A stretch of 25,789 nt of DNA. Source: an uncultured bacterium (GTDB taxonomy: Bacteria > Lernaellota > Lernaellaia > Lernaellales > Lernaellaceae). The notes beneath the pieces were generated by a model, which searched no databases, was not told where the DNA came from, and saw only the letters and a list, made by a program, of their open reading frames with translations. The stretch covers positions 1-25,789 of the forward strand of contig CAZHPN010000074.1 of the NCBI GenBank assembly GCA_964534375.1, written 5' to 3'. Positions 7,179-20,799 of this stretch are shown here, in pieces; within the stretch, counting starts at the first letter, position 1; each line of letters opens with the position of its first letter. The position numbers and the translations under genes were made by a program.

Positions 7179-8834
7179 TCAGCACGACACGCGGAACTCT
7201 TCCCACGCTTCGCTTTTGAGTTGCTCGCGGAAATCCGGGTGCGCGACCGAGATAATTTTCTTGATGAAATCGTCCTGCGGCATGGCGCTGATCTTGGCGA
7301 CGCCGTGTTCGGTGACCAGGAAGAAGTGGGCGCCGCGCGTGCCCATGATGTCTGGACCGATCAGGCCGATCGGCGTGCCCAGCGGCAGGTAAGGGAAGAT
7401 CGACGAGCGCAGCTTGCCTTCCGGCGTGCGGTGCGTCGATTTCAGGCAGAGGTAGGCGACGCCGCCGCGGCCGAGGCCGCGCATGATTTGCGCCGCGCCG
7501 CCGATGCCCGAGTAATGGTTCTTGTCGCGCCCGCCCGAGTTGACGTGCCCGTGGAAGTCGATGCCGAGGATATTGTTGATGCCCAGGCCGCCGCAGAAGC
7601 CTTCGGAAATCACGACCCGCGAGGCCGGCGGCAGGACGATGTGCGGGTTGTTGTCGAGCCGGCTGTAAAAATCGCTGCCCTCTTCGGCCATCGTGAACGT
7701 CGCGACGATTTTGTCGTCGAGCGGGGTCCGCAGGCCGTTGCGTTCGACGTAATGCGAGCCGGTGATTTTGCCGGCTTCGAAAAGCTGCAGCGTGAACGGC
7801 TCCAGCATTTCCGAGTAGCTCCGGCCGACCCAGTTGGAATCGAGCAGGCGCTTCATCGCGAGCACGCCCGTGCCGCCGATGCCGACCTGGATCGCCCGCC
7901 CGTTCACGAGCTCGGGGTGCAATTCCATGTGGTTCACGACGTGCTCGGCGATCGCGGCCTCGTCGGCGGCGGGGTTGTCGAAGGCGCCTTTCGGCAGGCC
8001 CGGGATTTTGCTGTCGTCTTCCACGACCCAGAGCCGCCCTTCCTTCGCCGGCCTTTTGAACTGATCGATGTGGATCGTGTTGGCCGAATCGCCCCAGGCG
8101 CGCGTGAACGGATATTTTTCATTGACATAAAGAATGATGCGAATTCGCGAATCGCGCACGGCGATTTCCAGAAAATCGTTGGTGGCGCCGTTGGCCGGGC
8201 CGTGGCTCAGTTCGCCTTCTTCGTTCGGCGGCGTCATCACCAGCGGCAGCAAGTTGATGTTCAGCCCGCCGTTTTCGTCCCACGCCATCGCGTCAACCGC
8301 GTCCGGGAAGTGGCAGGCCTGGAGTTGCACGATGCCCATGCGCGACTGATTGCGGCCGACGTAATCCGGAAACATCACGCGCGTGATCGGATTGGTCGGG
8401 ATGACGATGTTCTGCGTCGCGCCGATGAACGGCGACACGAAACGGATGCGGCGTTCTTTCAACTCGCGGTAGTGGTCGATGAGCCTGTTCAACCCCTCGA
8501 TCTTCTTCGTCGCCTGGTTCGCCCGCAGCGCGATGTTCTTCAGCACCGGCATCGAGCTCGGTGTGCTGTGCAGGAAGCCGTTGAACATGCCCTTGGCGCT
8601 CATGGCGTCGCCGAGGCAGAGTTTGTGCGGGGCCATGAATAGGGCCTGGCGAATTTCGATGTCGTGCAAATCCTGCTGCTGAATGTGGTCCCAGAGCGTC
8701 GCGTAGAATTTGTGCGGCTCGTTGGTCGCAAAACCGGAGCCGATTTTGACGCCGGACGTCACCGCCGCCGCCATCGCTTCCTCGTGAGTGGTCATGCAAT
8801 CGGTGAAAAACTTAGGGTAATGTCGGCGCGCCAT
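7179..8834 (-). CDS. Acetyl-CoA hydrolase / family I CoA-transferase (4-hydroxybutyrate CoA-transferase-like), divergent
   Basis: Motifs IAEHV, IQVGIGG, YSEM (expected catalytic Glu position), INNILGIDFHGHV, YSGIGG, VTEHGVA and IISVAHPDFREQL. AGAGG-like RBS before ATG 8834. Confidence 0.85.
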   Translation of the reverse strand: MARRHYPKFFTDCMTTHEEAMAAAVTSGVKIGSGFATNEPHKFYATLWDHIQQQDLHDIEIRQALFMAPHKLCLGDAMSAKGMFNGFLHSTPSSMPVLKNIALRANQATKKIEGLNRLIDHYRELKERRIRFVSPFIGATQNIVIPTNPITRVMFPDYVGRNQSRMGIVQLQACHFPDAVDAMAWDENGGLNINLLPLVMTPPNEEGELSHGPANGATNDFLEIAVRDSRIRIILYVNEKYPFTRAWGDSANTIHIDQFKRPAKEGRLWVVEDDSKIPGLPKGAFDNPAADEAAIAEHVVNHMELHPELVNGRAIQVGIGGTGVLAMKRLLDSNWVGRSYSEMLEPFTLQLFEAGKITGSHYVERNGLRTPLDDKIVATFTMAEEGSDFYSRLDNNPHIVLPPASRVVISEGFCGGLGINNILGIDFHGHVNSGGRDKNHYSGIGGAAQIMRGLGRGGVAYLCLKSTHRTPEGKLRSSIFPYLPLGTPIGLIGPDIMGTRGAHFFLVTEHGVAKISAMPQDDFIKKIISVAHPDFREQLKSEAWEEFRVSC

Positions 8835-8998
8835 ACGCTGATTTCCTCTCTGCTTGTAAGTTCTCGGATGTATTCGGGAAAGTTGCTATGAACCGCAGGT
8901 TCTTCGTGTCCACTCGACGCATTCGCGGCCCCGTCACGCAGTTATCTCAAAATATCATCCAATAATGGACTTTCCCAAAATGGAGATTCGACGCGGTG

Positions 8999-9027
8999 AA
9001 CATAGCGAACCGGCCCCCGGCTGTCAA
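8999..9027 (-). promoter_or_regulatory. Putative sigma70 promoter for the CoA-transferase gene
   Basis: Minus strand TTGACA (9027-9022), exactly 17 nt, TATGTT (9004-8999). Implies a 5' leader of about 155 nt. Confidence 0.6.
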
Positions 9028-9211
9028 GGCGAGATTTACCGATCTCGAGCTTGGTCGATCTCGCGGTAGGCGCCGGCGAAATGGAAATCGGCGAAAACAG
9101 CACGAGCATTGACAAACGGGAACGGTTATCGTACGCATACACTCAACAACCGCATTTTTGGAGCGGTCAACGGCGATCAAGACAACAATGAGTGCCGAGG
9201 GGTCGTGACCC

Positions 9212-12200
9212 GTGAAAAAGAAGAAAGTCGCTCCCGCGCCAGATGGTGCAGTGCGCCCGAAAACGGAAAGGATACCCGGAAAGAGAGATAAAAATCCGGA
9301 TCGGGCGCCCGGCGACGCAGATGCGAGACGTTTTCTCCACGAATTGCAGGTTCACCAGCACGAACTGGAAATCCAGAACGAAGAGCTGCGCCGGATACAG
9401 CAGCAATTGGAGGCGTCTCGTTCGCAATATTTCGATCTGTACCACATGGCGCCAGTCGGTTACTTGGTTCTCAGTGAAGATGGGCTGATTCAGGAAGCCA
9501 ATCTGACCGCGGCCAACTTGCTGGGCGTCACCAGGGGCGTTCTGGCCAAACAGGCGCTGACCCGTTTTATCCTTCCGGAACACCGGGAAGCCTTCCAGAC
9601 GCACTGGCGGAGCCTGTTCGAGGCCGGCGAGCGGCAAACCTGCGAGTTGAGATTGCTGCGAGCGGGCGCGGCCCCTTTTTGGGCGCGGATCGAGGCGATA
9701 ATGGCGCGAGACGCCGACGGCTCGCCGGCGTGCCGGGCGGCGGTGAGCGACATCACCGACCGCCGGGGGGCCGAAGAAGCGCTGCGGGAAAGCGAGGCCA
9801 AACATCGTACTTTAGTTGAGATGTCGCCCGACGCCGTGATCATGGCCGATCTCGAAGCCCGCGTCACCTATGCCAATCGGGAAGCGGCCAGAATGCTGGG
9901 CTACGACGATCCCGAGGAAATGATCGGCAAGCCGGCGAATGACTTCCTCGCGCCGGAGATGCACCAGGCGGCCGCCGGACACGTCAAGTGGCTGCTCGAT
10001 CGCGGCGCCTTGCGCCACACCGTGTTTCGCGCTCGCCGCCGCGACGGCTCGTTGTTCCCGGCCGAGTGCAGCGTTTCGCCGATGCGTAACGAAGCCGGTT
10101 CACCGATCGGCGCGCTTGTCATGGCGCGGGACATCACGGACAAGAAGCGAACCGAAGACGAACGGCGGCAGGATTACGAAACGCAAATGGCGATCTTGTC
10201 GTTGCTCCAATTCTCGCTGAAAACGGAATCGCTGGAAAAGATTCTTACGTTCGCCTTGGAACGGATTCTCTCCATTTCTTGGCTGGTCTCCGATGGGCGG
10301 GGCGCGATTTTCCTGACGAACGAGCCGGACACTTTGGTGATGGCCGCGCACGCGAATCTTTCCGAGGCGGTGATGCAGACCTGCGCCCGCATCCCGTTCG
10401 GCCGCTGCTTGTGCGGCCGCGCGGCGCAAAGCCAGACGGCCCAATTTGCGGGCCGCCTCGACGTGCGGCACGAGATTACCTATCCCGGTATTCAGCCGCA
10501 CGGGCACTATTGCGTGCCGATTTTGTCGGCCGGGAAAACGTTAGGCGTGCTCAATATTTATGTGCACGAGGGCAGCGCCTATCGGAAACGGGACGAACGG
10601 TTCCTGCAGGTCATCGCCGGCGCCTTGGCCGAAATCATCGAACGCCGGCGCGCGGAAGGGGCTTGGCGGGAAAGCGAAGGACGCTTCCGAACCCTTTTCG
10701 AACAGGCGGCGGACCTCATTCTGCTTTTGGAAATCCAACCCGACGCGCCGCCCATCATTCGCGACGTCAACGGTGCGATTATGACCGTTCTGGGATATCG
10801 GTGGGAGGAGGTCATCGGCCAGCCGGTTTCCATTTTGGAGGCAATGCCCGGCGCCGCGCAGAAAACCACGGACCAGATGCCGCCGACCGCCGTCGCCGGG
10901 GTTTACGCGATGGAGGTGCAGCATCGATGCAAAGACGGCGCGGTTCGGGAATTCGAATGCTCGACCACGGAAACGCTCATCGGCGGCAAGCGGTTTGCGA
11001 TTTCCGTCGAGCGCGATGTCACCGATCGCCGCCTGAAAGAGGCGGCGCTGGCGGAAAGCGAAGAACGGCATCGGCAGATTTTTCAGGCCTCTTCCGCGGT
11101 CAAATTAGTCGTCGATCCCGACGACGGCCGGATCGTCGACGCCAACCAGGCTGCCTGCGACTTCTACGGGTATCCGTGCGATCGACTCCGGCACATGAAA
11201 ATATTCGAGATCAATCAAAATCCGCCCGACGAGATCCGGCGCGATTTGCAGACGGTGAAAAACAGCAAGCGGGTGTTTTTCAATTTCCCGCACCGGTTGG
11301 CGTCGGGCGAAATTCGGCAAGTGGAAGTCTACACCAGCCCGCTCGTGATCGACGGCAAGACCTATTTGCATTCCATCGTTCACGATGTGACCGACCGGAG
11401 ACGCGCCGAGGAGCAACAGCGCGCCAGCGAGGCGCGTTACCGGCTGCTGGCCGACAACCTCCGCGACATCGTCTGGACGATGGACCTGAATTTGCGGCCG
11501 ACCTACATCAGTCCTTCTGTCGAACGGGTGCGCGGCTTAACGGTCGAGGAGGCGCTGCGGCAGAGACTCGAGGAAATGTTGACGCCGGATTCATGGCGCG
11601 CGGCCATGGCCGTTTTCAACGAGGAACTGGCGATCGAGAGCCAGCCGGGGGCGGATCCGTCGCGGATGCGCCGCCTCGAATTGGAGGAGGTTCTCAACGA
11701 CGGTTCCACACTGTGGACGGAAACCGTCCTCTCCTTCCTGCGCGATGATGAGGGACGCGCCGTCGGGATATTGGGCGTCACGCGCGATGTCGCCGAGCGC
11801 AAACGGGCCGTCGAGCTATTGCTGAAGAGCGAAAAACAATTATCCAACGCGATGGATATCGCGCATCTTGGTCATTGGGAATACGACGTGGCCGCCGACC
11901 TGTTCACCTTCAACGACCAATTCTACCGCTTGTTTCACACCACGGCGGAGCAATCCGGCGGATACACGATGTCGTCGGCCGATTACGCGCGGCGCTTCGT
12001 CCATCCCGCCGACGCGGCCGTCGTCGGCGAAGAGGTTCAGAAGGCCATCGAGACGACCGACCCGCACTTCAACCGGCAAATCGAACACCGCGTCTTGTTC
12101 GGCGACGGAACGGTCGGCGATATCGTCGTGCGGTTCTTCGTCGCCAAAGACGCCGAAGGCCGGACGGTCAGAACCTTCGGCGTGAATCAGGACATCACCG

Positions 12201-14125
12201 AGCGCAAGCGGGCCGAAGACGCACTGCGAGACAGCGAGGAACGCTTCCGCACGCTGACCGAGAACATCGGCATTGGCGTCGCGATGATCAGTCCCGACAT
12301 GGAAATCCTGACGCTGAACAAGCAAATGCGGGATTGGTTCCCGGACATCGACCCAACCAAGAAACCCTTATGCTACCGTGCTTACAACGATCCTCCCCGC
12401 GACGCGCCCTGTTCCTATTGTCCCACAATCCAAACATTGCGCGACGGTCGGCGGCACGAAGCGACGACCGAGACCCCGACGCCGAACGGCATCCGCTGCT
12501 ACCGCGTGGTCGGAACGCCGGTCCGGGACAAAAACGGCGCGGTGCGGGCGGCCATCGAAATGGTCGAGGACATCACCGAACAAAAAAAGGCCAGCGACGC
12601 CCTGTTTCAGTCGGCCGCCAGATGGCAAGGCACCTTCGACGCGATTTCCGACATCGTCTGCATTCTTTCGCTGGAGCACGAATTCGTCGAAATCAACAAA
12701 GCCGGCGTGGCGGCGCTCGGCATGCCGCACGACGAAATCATCGGTAAGACATGTTGCAATTTGGTGCACGGAACAGACGCGCCGATTCCCCAATGCCCTT
12801 GCGTGGAGACTATTGAGACCAGCCGGCCGCAAAGCCGCAGATATTCGAGCGACGGCAGACACATGGAACTCAGCGCCTGGCCCATGTTCGGCCCCGATGG
12901 TCAGATGGGCGGGTTCGTGCACGTGGTCAAAGACATCACCATGGATATCGAGCGCGAAAGCGAAAAGGAAAAGCTCCAGGAGCAACTTCGCCAATCGCAA
13001 AAAATGGAGTCCATCGGCCGGCTGGCCGGAGGCGTGGCGCACGATTTCAACAACCTGCTGCAGGTCATCAACAGCTACGCCGAACTCTCGCTTGCCAAAC
13101 TCAGGGACGAGGACCCGCTGCGCAAAAACCTGAACTGCATTTATGAATCCGGCGAGCGGGCCGCGGGCCTCACGCGCCAGCTTCTCGCTTTCAGCCGGAA
13201 ACAGGTGCTGCAAACCGCCATCCTCGACATCAATACGACGATCGTCGGCATGGAAAAAATGATGCGCCGGCTGATCGGCGAAGACATCGACATCAGGCGG
13301 GTGTATGCCCCGGACCTGGGCAAGGTCAGGGCCGATCCGGGACAGATCGAACAGATCCTGATGAACCTCGCGGTCAACGCGCGCGACGCGATGCCCACCG
13401 GCGGCAAACTCACGATCGAAACGGCCAACGTGGAGTTGGACGAGAAATTCGCGGCCCAGCACGTTGGCGTCACAGCCGGCGCGTACGTCATGCTCGCCGT
13501 GTCCGACACGGGCTGCGGGATGGATGAGGCCACCAAAGCGCTGATGTTCGAGCCGTTTTTCACCACGAAGGAGAAAGGTAAAGGCACGGGCCTCGGCCTG
13601 GCGACCGTATACGGAATCGTCCAGCAAAGCGGCGGCAGCATCTGGGTGTACAGCGAACCCGGCAAAGGCACGTCGTTCAAGATTTACTTTCCTTGCGACG
13701 CCTCGGCGACCGCGACTTTGCTTTCGGATAAGCCGCCGGTCAAAGCCGTCTCCGGAACGGAAACGATTCTCGTCGTCGAAGACGAAGAAAAAGTGCGCCA
13801 ATTGGTCGAGGAGGCTCTCCGCTCGGCCGGATACGCAGTCCTGCCCTGTGCGAACGCCGGCGAAGCGCTGTTGACCTGCGAGCAGCACCAGGGGCCCATC
13901 CACCTGATGCTCACCGATGTGGTCATGCCGCGGATGAGCGGCCGGCAACTGGCCGAACGGCTGTCGTCGCTTCGCCCGGAAACCAAAGTGCTTTATATGT
14001 CCGGCTACACCGACAACGCGATCGTGCACCACGGCGTGCTCGATGAGGGAACGCAGTTTATTGGCAAGCCGTTTACGATTGCGGCGCTGGCGAGCAAAGT
14101 CCGCGACGTGTTGGACTCTGGATGA
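9212..14125 (+). CDS. Cytoplasmic hybrid sensor histidine kinase: 8 PAS + GAF + HisKA + HATPase + REC (CckA-like C-terminus)
   Basis: Repeated PAS ends (D[I/V][T/A]xR[K/R]), a GAF between PAS2 and PAS3, H-box GVAHDFNNLL, N-box NLAVNARDAM, G/F boxes DTGCGM, FEPFFTTK and GTGLGL, and receiver LVVEDE...LTDVVMP. No TM helix. GTG start is approximate. Confidence 0.95.
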   Translation: MKKKKVAPAPDGAVRPKTERIPGKRDKNPDRAPGDADARRFLHELQVHQHELEIQNEELRRIQQQLEASRSQYFDLYHMAPVGYLVLSEDGLIQEANLTAANLLGVTRGVLAKQALTRFILPEHREAFQTHWRSLFEAGERQTCELRLLRAGAAPFWARIEAIMARDADGSPACRAAVSDITDRRGAEEALRESEAKHRTLVEMSPDAVIMADLEARVTYANREAARMLGYDDPEEMIGKPANDFLAPEMHQAAAGHVKWLLDRGALRHTVFRARRRDGSLFPAECSVSPMRNEAGSPIGALVMARDITDKKRTEDERRQDYETQMAILSLLQFSLKTESLEKILTFALERILSISWLVSDGRGAIFLTNEPDTLVMAAHANLSEAVMQTCARIPFGRCLCGRAAQSQTAQFAGRLDVRHEITYPGIQPHGHYCVPILSAGKTLGVLNIYVHEGSAYRKRDERFLQVIAGALAEIIERRRAEGAWRESEGRFRTLFEQAADLILLLEIQPDAPPIIRDVNGAIMTVLGYRWEEVIGQPVSILEAMPGAAQKTTDQMPPTAVAGVYAMEVQHRCKDGAVREFECSTTETLIGGKRFAISVERDVTDRRLKEAALAESEERHRQIFQASSAVKLVVDPDDGRIVDANQAACDFYGYPCDRLRHMKIFEINQNPPDEIRRDLQTVKNSKRVFFNFPHRLASGEIRQVEVYTSPLVIDGKTYLHSIVHDVTDRRRAEEQQRASEARYRLLADNLRDIVWTMDLNLRPTYISPSVERVRGLTVEEALRQRLEEMLTPDSWRAAMAVFNEELAIESQPGADPSRMRRLELEEVLNDGSTLWTETVLSFLRDDEGRAVGILGVTRDVAERKRAVELLLKSEKQLSNAMDIAHLGHWEYDVAADLFTFNDQFYRLFHTTAEQSGGYTMSSADYARRFVHPADAAVVGEEVQKAIETTDPHFNRQIEHRVLFGDGTVGDIVVRFFVAKDAEGRTVRTFGVNQDITERKRAEDALRDSEERFRTLTENIGIGVAMISPDMEILTLNKQMRDWFPDIDPTKKPLCYRAYNDPPRDAPCSYCPTIQTLRDGRRHEATTETPTPNGIRCYRVVGTPVRDKNGAVRAAIEMVEDITEQKKASDALFQSAARWQGTFDAISDIVCILSLEHEFVEINKAGVAALGMPHDEIIGKTCCNLVHGTDAPIPQCPCVETIETSRPQSRRYSSDGRHMELSAWPMFGPDGQMGGFVHVVKDITMDIERESEKEKLQEQLRQSQKMESIGRLAGGVAHDFNNLLQVINSYAELSLAKLRDEDPLRKNLNCIYESGERAAGLTRQLLAFSRKQVLQTAILDINTTIVGMEKMMRRLIGEDIDIRRVYAPDLGKVRADPGQIEQILMNLAVNARDAMPTGGKLTIETANVELDEKFAAQHVGVTAGAYVMLAVSDTGCGMDEATKALMFEPFFTTKEKGKGTGLGLATVYGIVQQSGGSIWVYSEPGKGTSFKIYFPCDASATATLLSDKPPVKAVSGTETILVVEDEEKVRQLVEEALRSAGYAVLPCANAGEALLTCEQHQGPIHLMLTDVVMPRMSGRQLAERLSSLRPETKVLYMSGYTDNAIVHHGVLDEGTQFIGKPFTIAALASKVRDVLDSG

Positions 14126-14198
14126 GTCGTTATTGTTTTGGTCGGGACCGCGGGGAAAAAACTCGCTCGGCCTTGCCCGGGCGACGCGGAGGGAAACG

Positions 14199-17992
<3,794 letters not shown>

Positions 17993-17996
<4 letters not shown>

Positions 17997-18901
17997 GAAT
18001 CCTGATCGCCGAAGACGATTTCACCTCGCGCCGGATCCTCAACGCGATTTTGAAGAAATGGGGCTACGACCCCGTCGTCACGGAAGACGGCGTCGCGGCG
18101 TGGGACGCCTTGCAGAAAGCGGACGCGCCCAAGCTGGTGTTGCTCGATTGGAACATGCCAGGAATGGAAGGGGTCGAGATTTGCCGGCGACTCCGTCAGA
18201 TCGTTGCATCCAATCCGCCGTACGTCATCTTGTTGACCGGGCGCGACGAAAAAGGCGATATCGTGCGGGGGCTCGAAGCCGGCGCGAACGACTACCTCGC
18301 CAAGCCATACGACAGCGACGAATTGCTGGCCCGGATTCGGGTTGGACAACGAATGTTGGAATTGCAGGCCGGACTGACGGAGGCGCGGGACGCCCTGGCG
18401 TTTCAAGCGATGCACGACCCGTTGACTGGAATTTTCAATCGCCGCGCCATCCTGGAGAGGCTCGCCGCGGATTTATCGCGTGCGAAAAGAGAGAATGGAA
18501 TTCTCCGCGTAGCCATGTGCGACATCGATCATTTCAAGAACGTGAATGATTTGCACGGACATCAGACGGGCGATGAGGTCCTGGTCGCCTTCACGAAGTG
18601 CGTGCAGGCCAGTTTGCGCGAACATGACAGCCTGGGCCGTTACGGCGGCGAGGAGTTTCTCGTGGTCGCCGCGGGTTCGCGAGGCGCCAGCGACGAAAGC
18701 CTGTACGAGCGATTGCGCGCTGCGGTCGAGAGCAATACGATTCAAACCAAGGCAGCGGCGATTTCCATTACGGTCAGCATCGGCGTGGCGTCGCGCGCCG
18801 CGCAAAGTACGGTGGATACGCTGCTGGCCGCCGCCGACGCGGCGCTTTACAAAGCAAAGGCCGACGGCCGCAACCGGGTCGCCTATTCGGACGACCGTTA
18901 G
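17993..18901 (+). CDS. Response regulator diguanylate cyclase (REC-GGDEF)
   Basis: ATGA overlap with the upstream kinase. REC (ILIAEDD, LLDWNMP), then DPLTG..NRR, DIDHFK.VND..GH..GD, RYGGEEF, and an intact RxxD I-site (REHD). Confidence 0.95.
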
Positions 18902-18913
18902 AGGAAATCGTCG

Positions 18914-19936
18914 ATGGCTCACGTATTGGTCGTGGATGACGAAGAGGCGATTCGCGGCGCCTTTCGGGCCGTTTTGGAAAGCGACGGCCACCAAGTGTCG
19001 TCCGCCCAGAGCGTCGGCGAGGCGACGCGCATTCTTGCGGGCGCAGCAGTGGACGTCGTCGTTTCCGACATCAACATGCCCGGAATGAAAGGCACCGCTT
19101 TGCTGAAATTGATTCGCGAGGCGTTTCCGGAGGTTCAAGCGATTCTCGTCACGGGCCTGCCTTCGGTGGAAACCGCCGCCGAAGCGGTTCGCCAGGGGGC
19201 CTACGACTACCTCGTCAAACCGGTCCGCGGCACAGAACTGCAAAAAGCGGTGGCCAACGCCGCGAAACTGAAAGCCGCGCAAGATGAAAAAGCAAGATTG
19301 GAAAGGGAAAAACAACAGCACCAGCAACATCTTGAACATATAGTGGAGGAGCGAACGGCTGAACTTAAAGAGGCATTAATTGGCACCATTTCGGCGATGG
19401 CGCTGACCGTGGAGATGCGGGATCCTTACACGTCCGGTCATCAAATCCGGGTCGCCAAGCTCGCGCGGGCGATCGGCGAGCGTCTCGGTCTCGCAAGTGA
19501 AAAAATAGAAGGCATTTACCTGGCGGGCATCGTTCACGATATTGGAAAAATCTCAATTCCCGCGGAAATTCTTTCGAAGCCCGGCGCCCTTTGCCCGGAA
19601 GAATTCGCCATGATCAAAAAGCACTCTCGGAGCGGCCACGCGATCCTGCAATCCATCAAATTCCCTTGGCCGATCGCAACCATCGTTCTGCAACATCACG
19701 AACGAATGGACGGATCCGGCTATCCGCAACATCTCGTCGGCGAAGCGATCTTGCCGGAGGCGAGAATCCTCGCCGTGGCGGACGTAATCGAGGCGATGGC
19801 GACGCACCGACCCTACCGCGCCGCGCTCGGCATCGAGGTCGCTCTTGAAGAGATCGACAGAATGACGGGCCGGCTTTATGACGCCAACGCCGCGGGCGCG
19901 TGCATCGAACTGTTTCGCAATGGTTATGCGCTATGA
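18914..19936 (+). CDS. Response regulator c-di-GMP phosphodiesterase (REC-HD-GYP, RpfG-like)
   Basis: GAGG RBS. REC (VLVVDDE, VSDINMP), then RDPYTSGH, HDIGK, HHERMDGSGYP, VADVIEAM and HRPYR. Confidence 0.95.
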   Translation: MAHVLVVDDEEAIRGAFRAVLESDGHQVSSAQSVGEATRILAGAAVDVVVSDINMPGMKGTALLKLIREAFPEVQAILVTGLPSVETAAEAVRQGAYDYLVKPVRGTELQKAVANAAKLKAAQDEKARLEREKQQHQQHLEHIVEERTAELKEALIGTISAMALTVEMRDPYTSGHQIRVAKLARAIGERLGLASEKIEGIYLAGIVHDIGKISIPAEILSKPGALCPEEFAMIKKHSRSGHAILQSIKFPWPIATIVLQHHERMDGSGYPQHLVGEAILPEARILAVADVIEAMATHRPYRAALGIEVALEEIDRMTGRLYDANAAGACIELFRNGYAL

Positions 19937-19977
19937 CTGGCAAACCTCGGTGCGGAAAAAACGAGTGATTTTCCCGC

Positions 19978-20032
19978 AAAAAAGCGAAGGCTGATCAACA
20001 TCGCCGCGGGGGACGGCGTGTTGGGCCTTCGC
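19978..20032 (-). terminator. Putative intrinsic terminator downstream of the HRDC gene, between convergent genes
   Basis: Interrupted stem GCGAAGGC/GCCTTCGC + CAACA/TGTTG + CGCCG/CGGCG with a 7-nt loop. It abuts A6 at 19978-19983, which is U6 on the minus strand. Confidence 0.45.
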
Positions 20033-20090
20033 AACCAAGCATCCAGTTTTTCCAAAAGCGAGAAATTTTCCTATTGGCACTGCAAATGAA

Positions 20091-20669
20091 TCACGACGCC
20101 GCGGCAGCGCCGGCCGGCCGGGCGGCGCCCGCCGCGCGGCCGAGTTCGGCGACATTGTCCGCAGCGTGCCGCGCCGCGCGATCGGCGTCCATCCATTTCG
20201 CGGCGACGAGGTCGGCCGCGGTGCGCGGCAACTCCACCACCATCTGTTCGAGTTCGAGATTCGTGCAGATCTCGTACGGCGGCACGTTCAGGCGTTGCGC
20301 CCGGCTGAACCGCCAGCGCCGCATTTTGCTGAACACCGCCTGCTGCGCCGGCGACAAGTGCGACGGGGGCGGCGTTGGGGCGCGTTTCGCCCCGGCGTCG
20401 CCGTTATTGCCGTCCGCGGCCGGCGCGCCGTTTCTCGCCCCGGAACCCTCGGCGCCGGCGGCCGGCCGATCCGCCCGCTCGCTCGGCGAGGGGGCCGCCG
20501 AATCCTCATAGGAAAAGGTGACGCACATGTAGGATCCCGCGGGGCTCTCGAGCAGATGGTCGGAGAACCGGACGACCCGTTTGTTCTGCAGAAACGCCTG
20601 CAAGGCACGGTCGTCGAAATCGCGCGACGCCGCATCGAACGGGACCGCCATAACCTTCACTTTCATCAT
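20091..20669 (-). CDS. Stand-alone HRDC-domain protein (small N-terminal alpha/beta domain, flexible linker, HRDC)
   Basis: AAGGAG RBS. C-terminal 'QQAVFSKMRRWR..RA..LNVPPYEICTN.EL..M....PRT..DL' is an HRDC pattern. No helicase or nuclease domain. Confidence 0.8.
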   Translation of the reverse strand: MMKVKVMAVPFDAASRDFDDRALQAFLQNKRVVRFSDHLLESPAGSYMCVTFSYEDSAAPSPSERADRPAAGAEGSGARNGAPAADGNNGDAGAKRAPTPPPSHLSPAQQAVFSKMRRWRFSRAQRLNVPPYEICTNLELEQMVVELPRTAADLVAAKWMDADRAARHAADNVAELGRAAGAARPAGAAAAS

Positions 20670-20799
20670 TTGCTCCTTTCGGTTGGTTCAAACACTTGGT
20701 TTGCTTAAAGGCAAAAACGGCGCCGAAAACGCCAAAATTGCCTAAGTGCGCTTTATTGCTAACCTTTTCGAAAAAAGTGGTGTCTCAAGAGTGTTCGAC

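Noticed and set aside
19938..19983. c-di-GMP-I riboswitch suggested by GGCAAACC...GAAA...GCAAA
   Set aside because: The P2 stem and GGGACGCAAAG context do not fit, and it lies 3' of a gene facing a convergent ORF.
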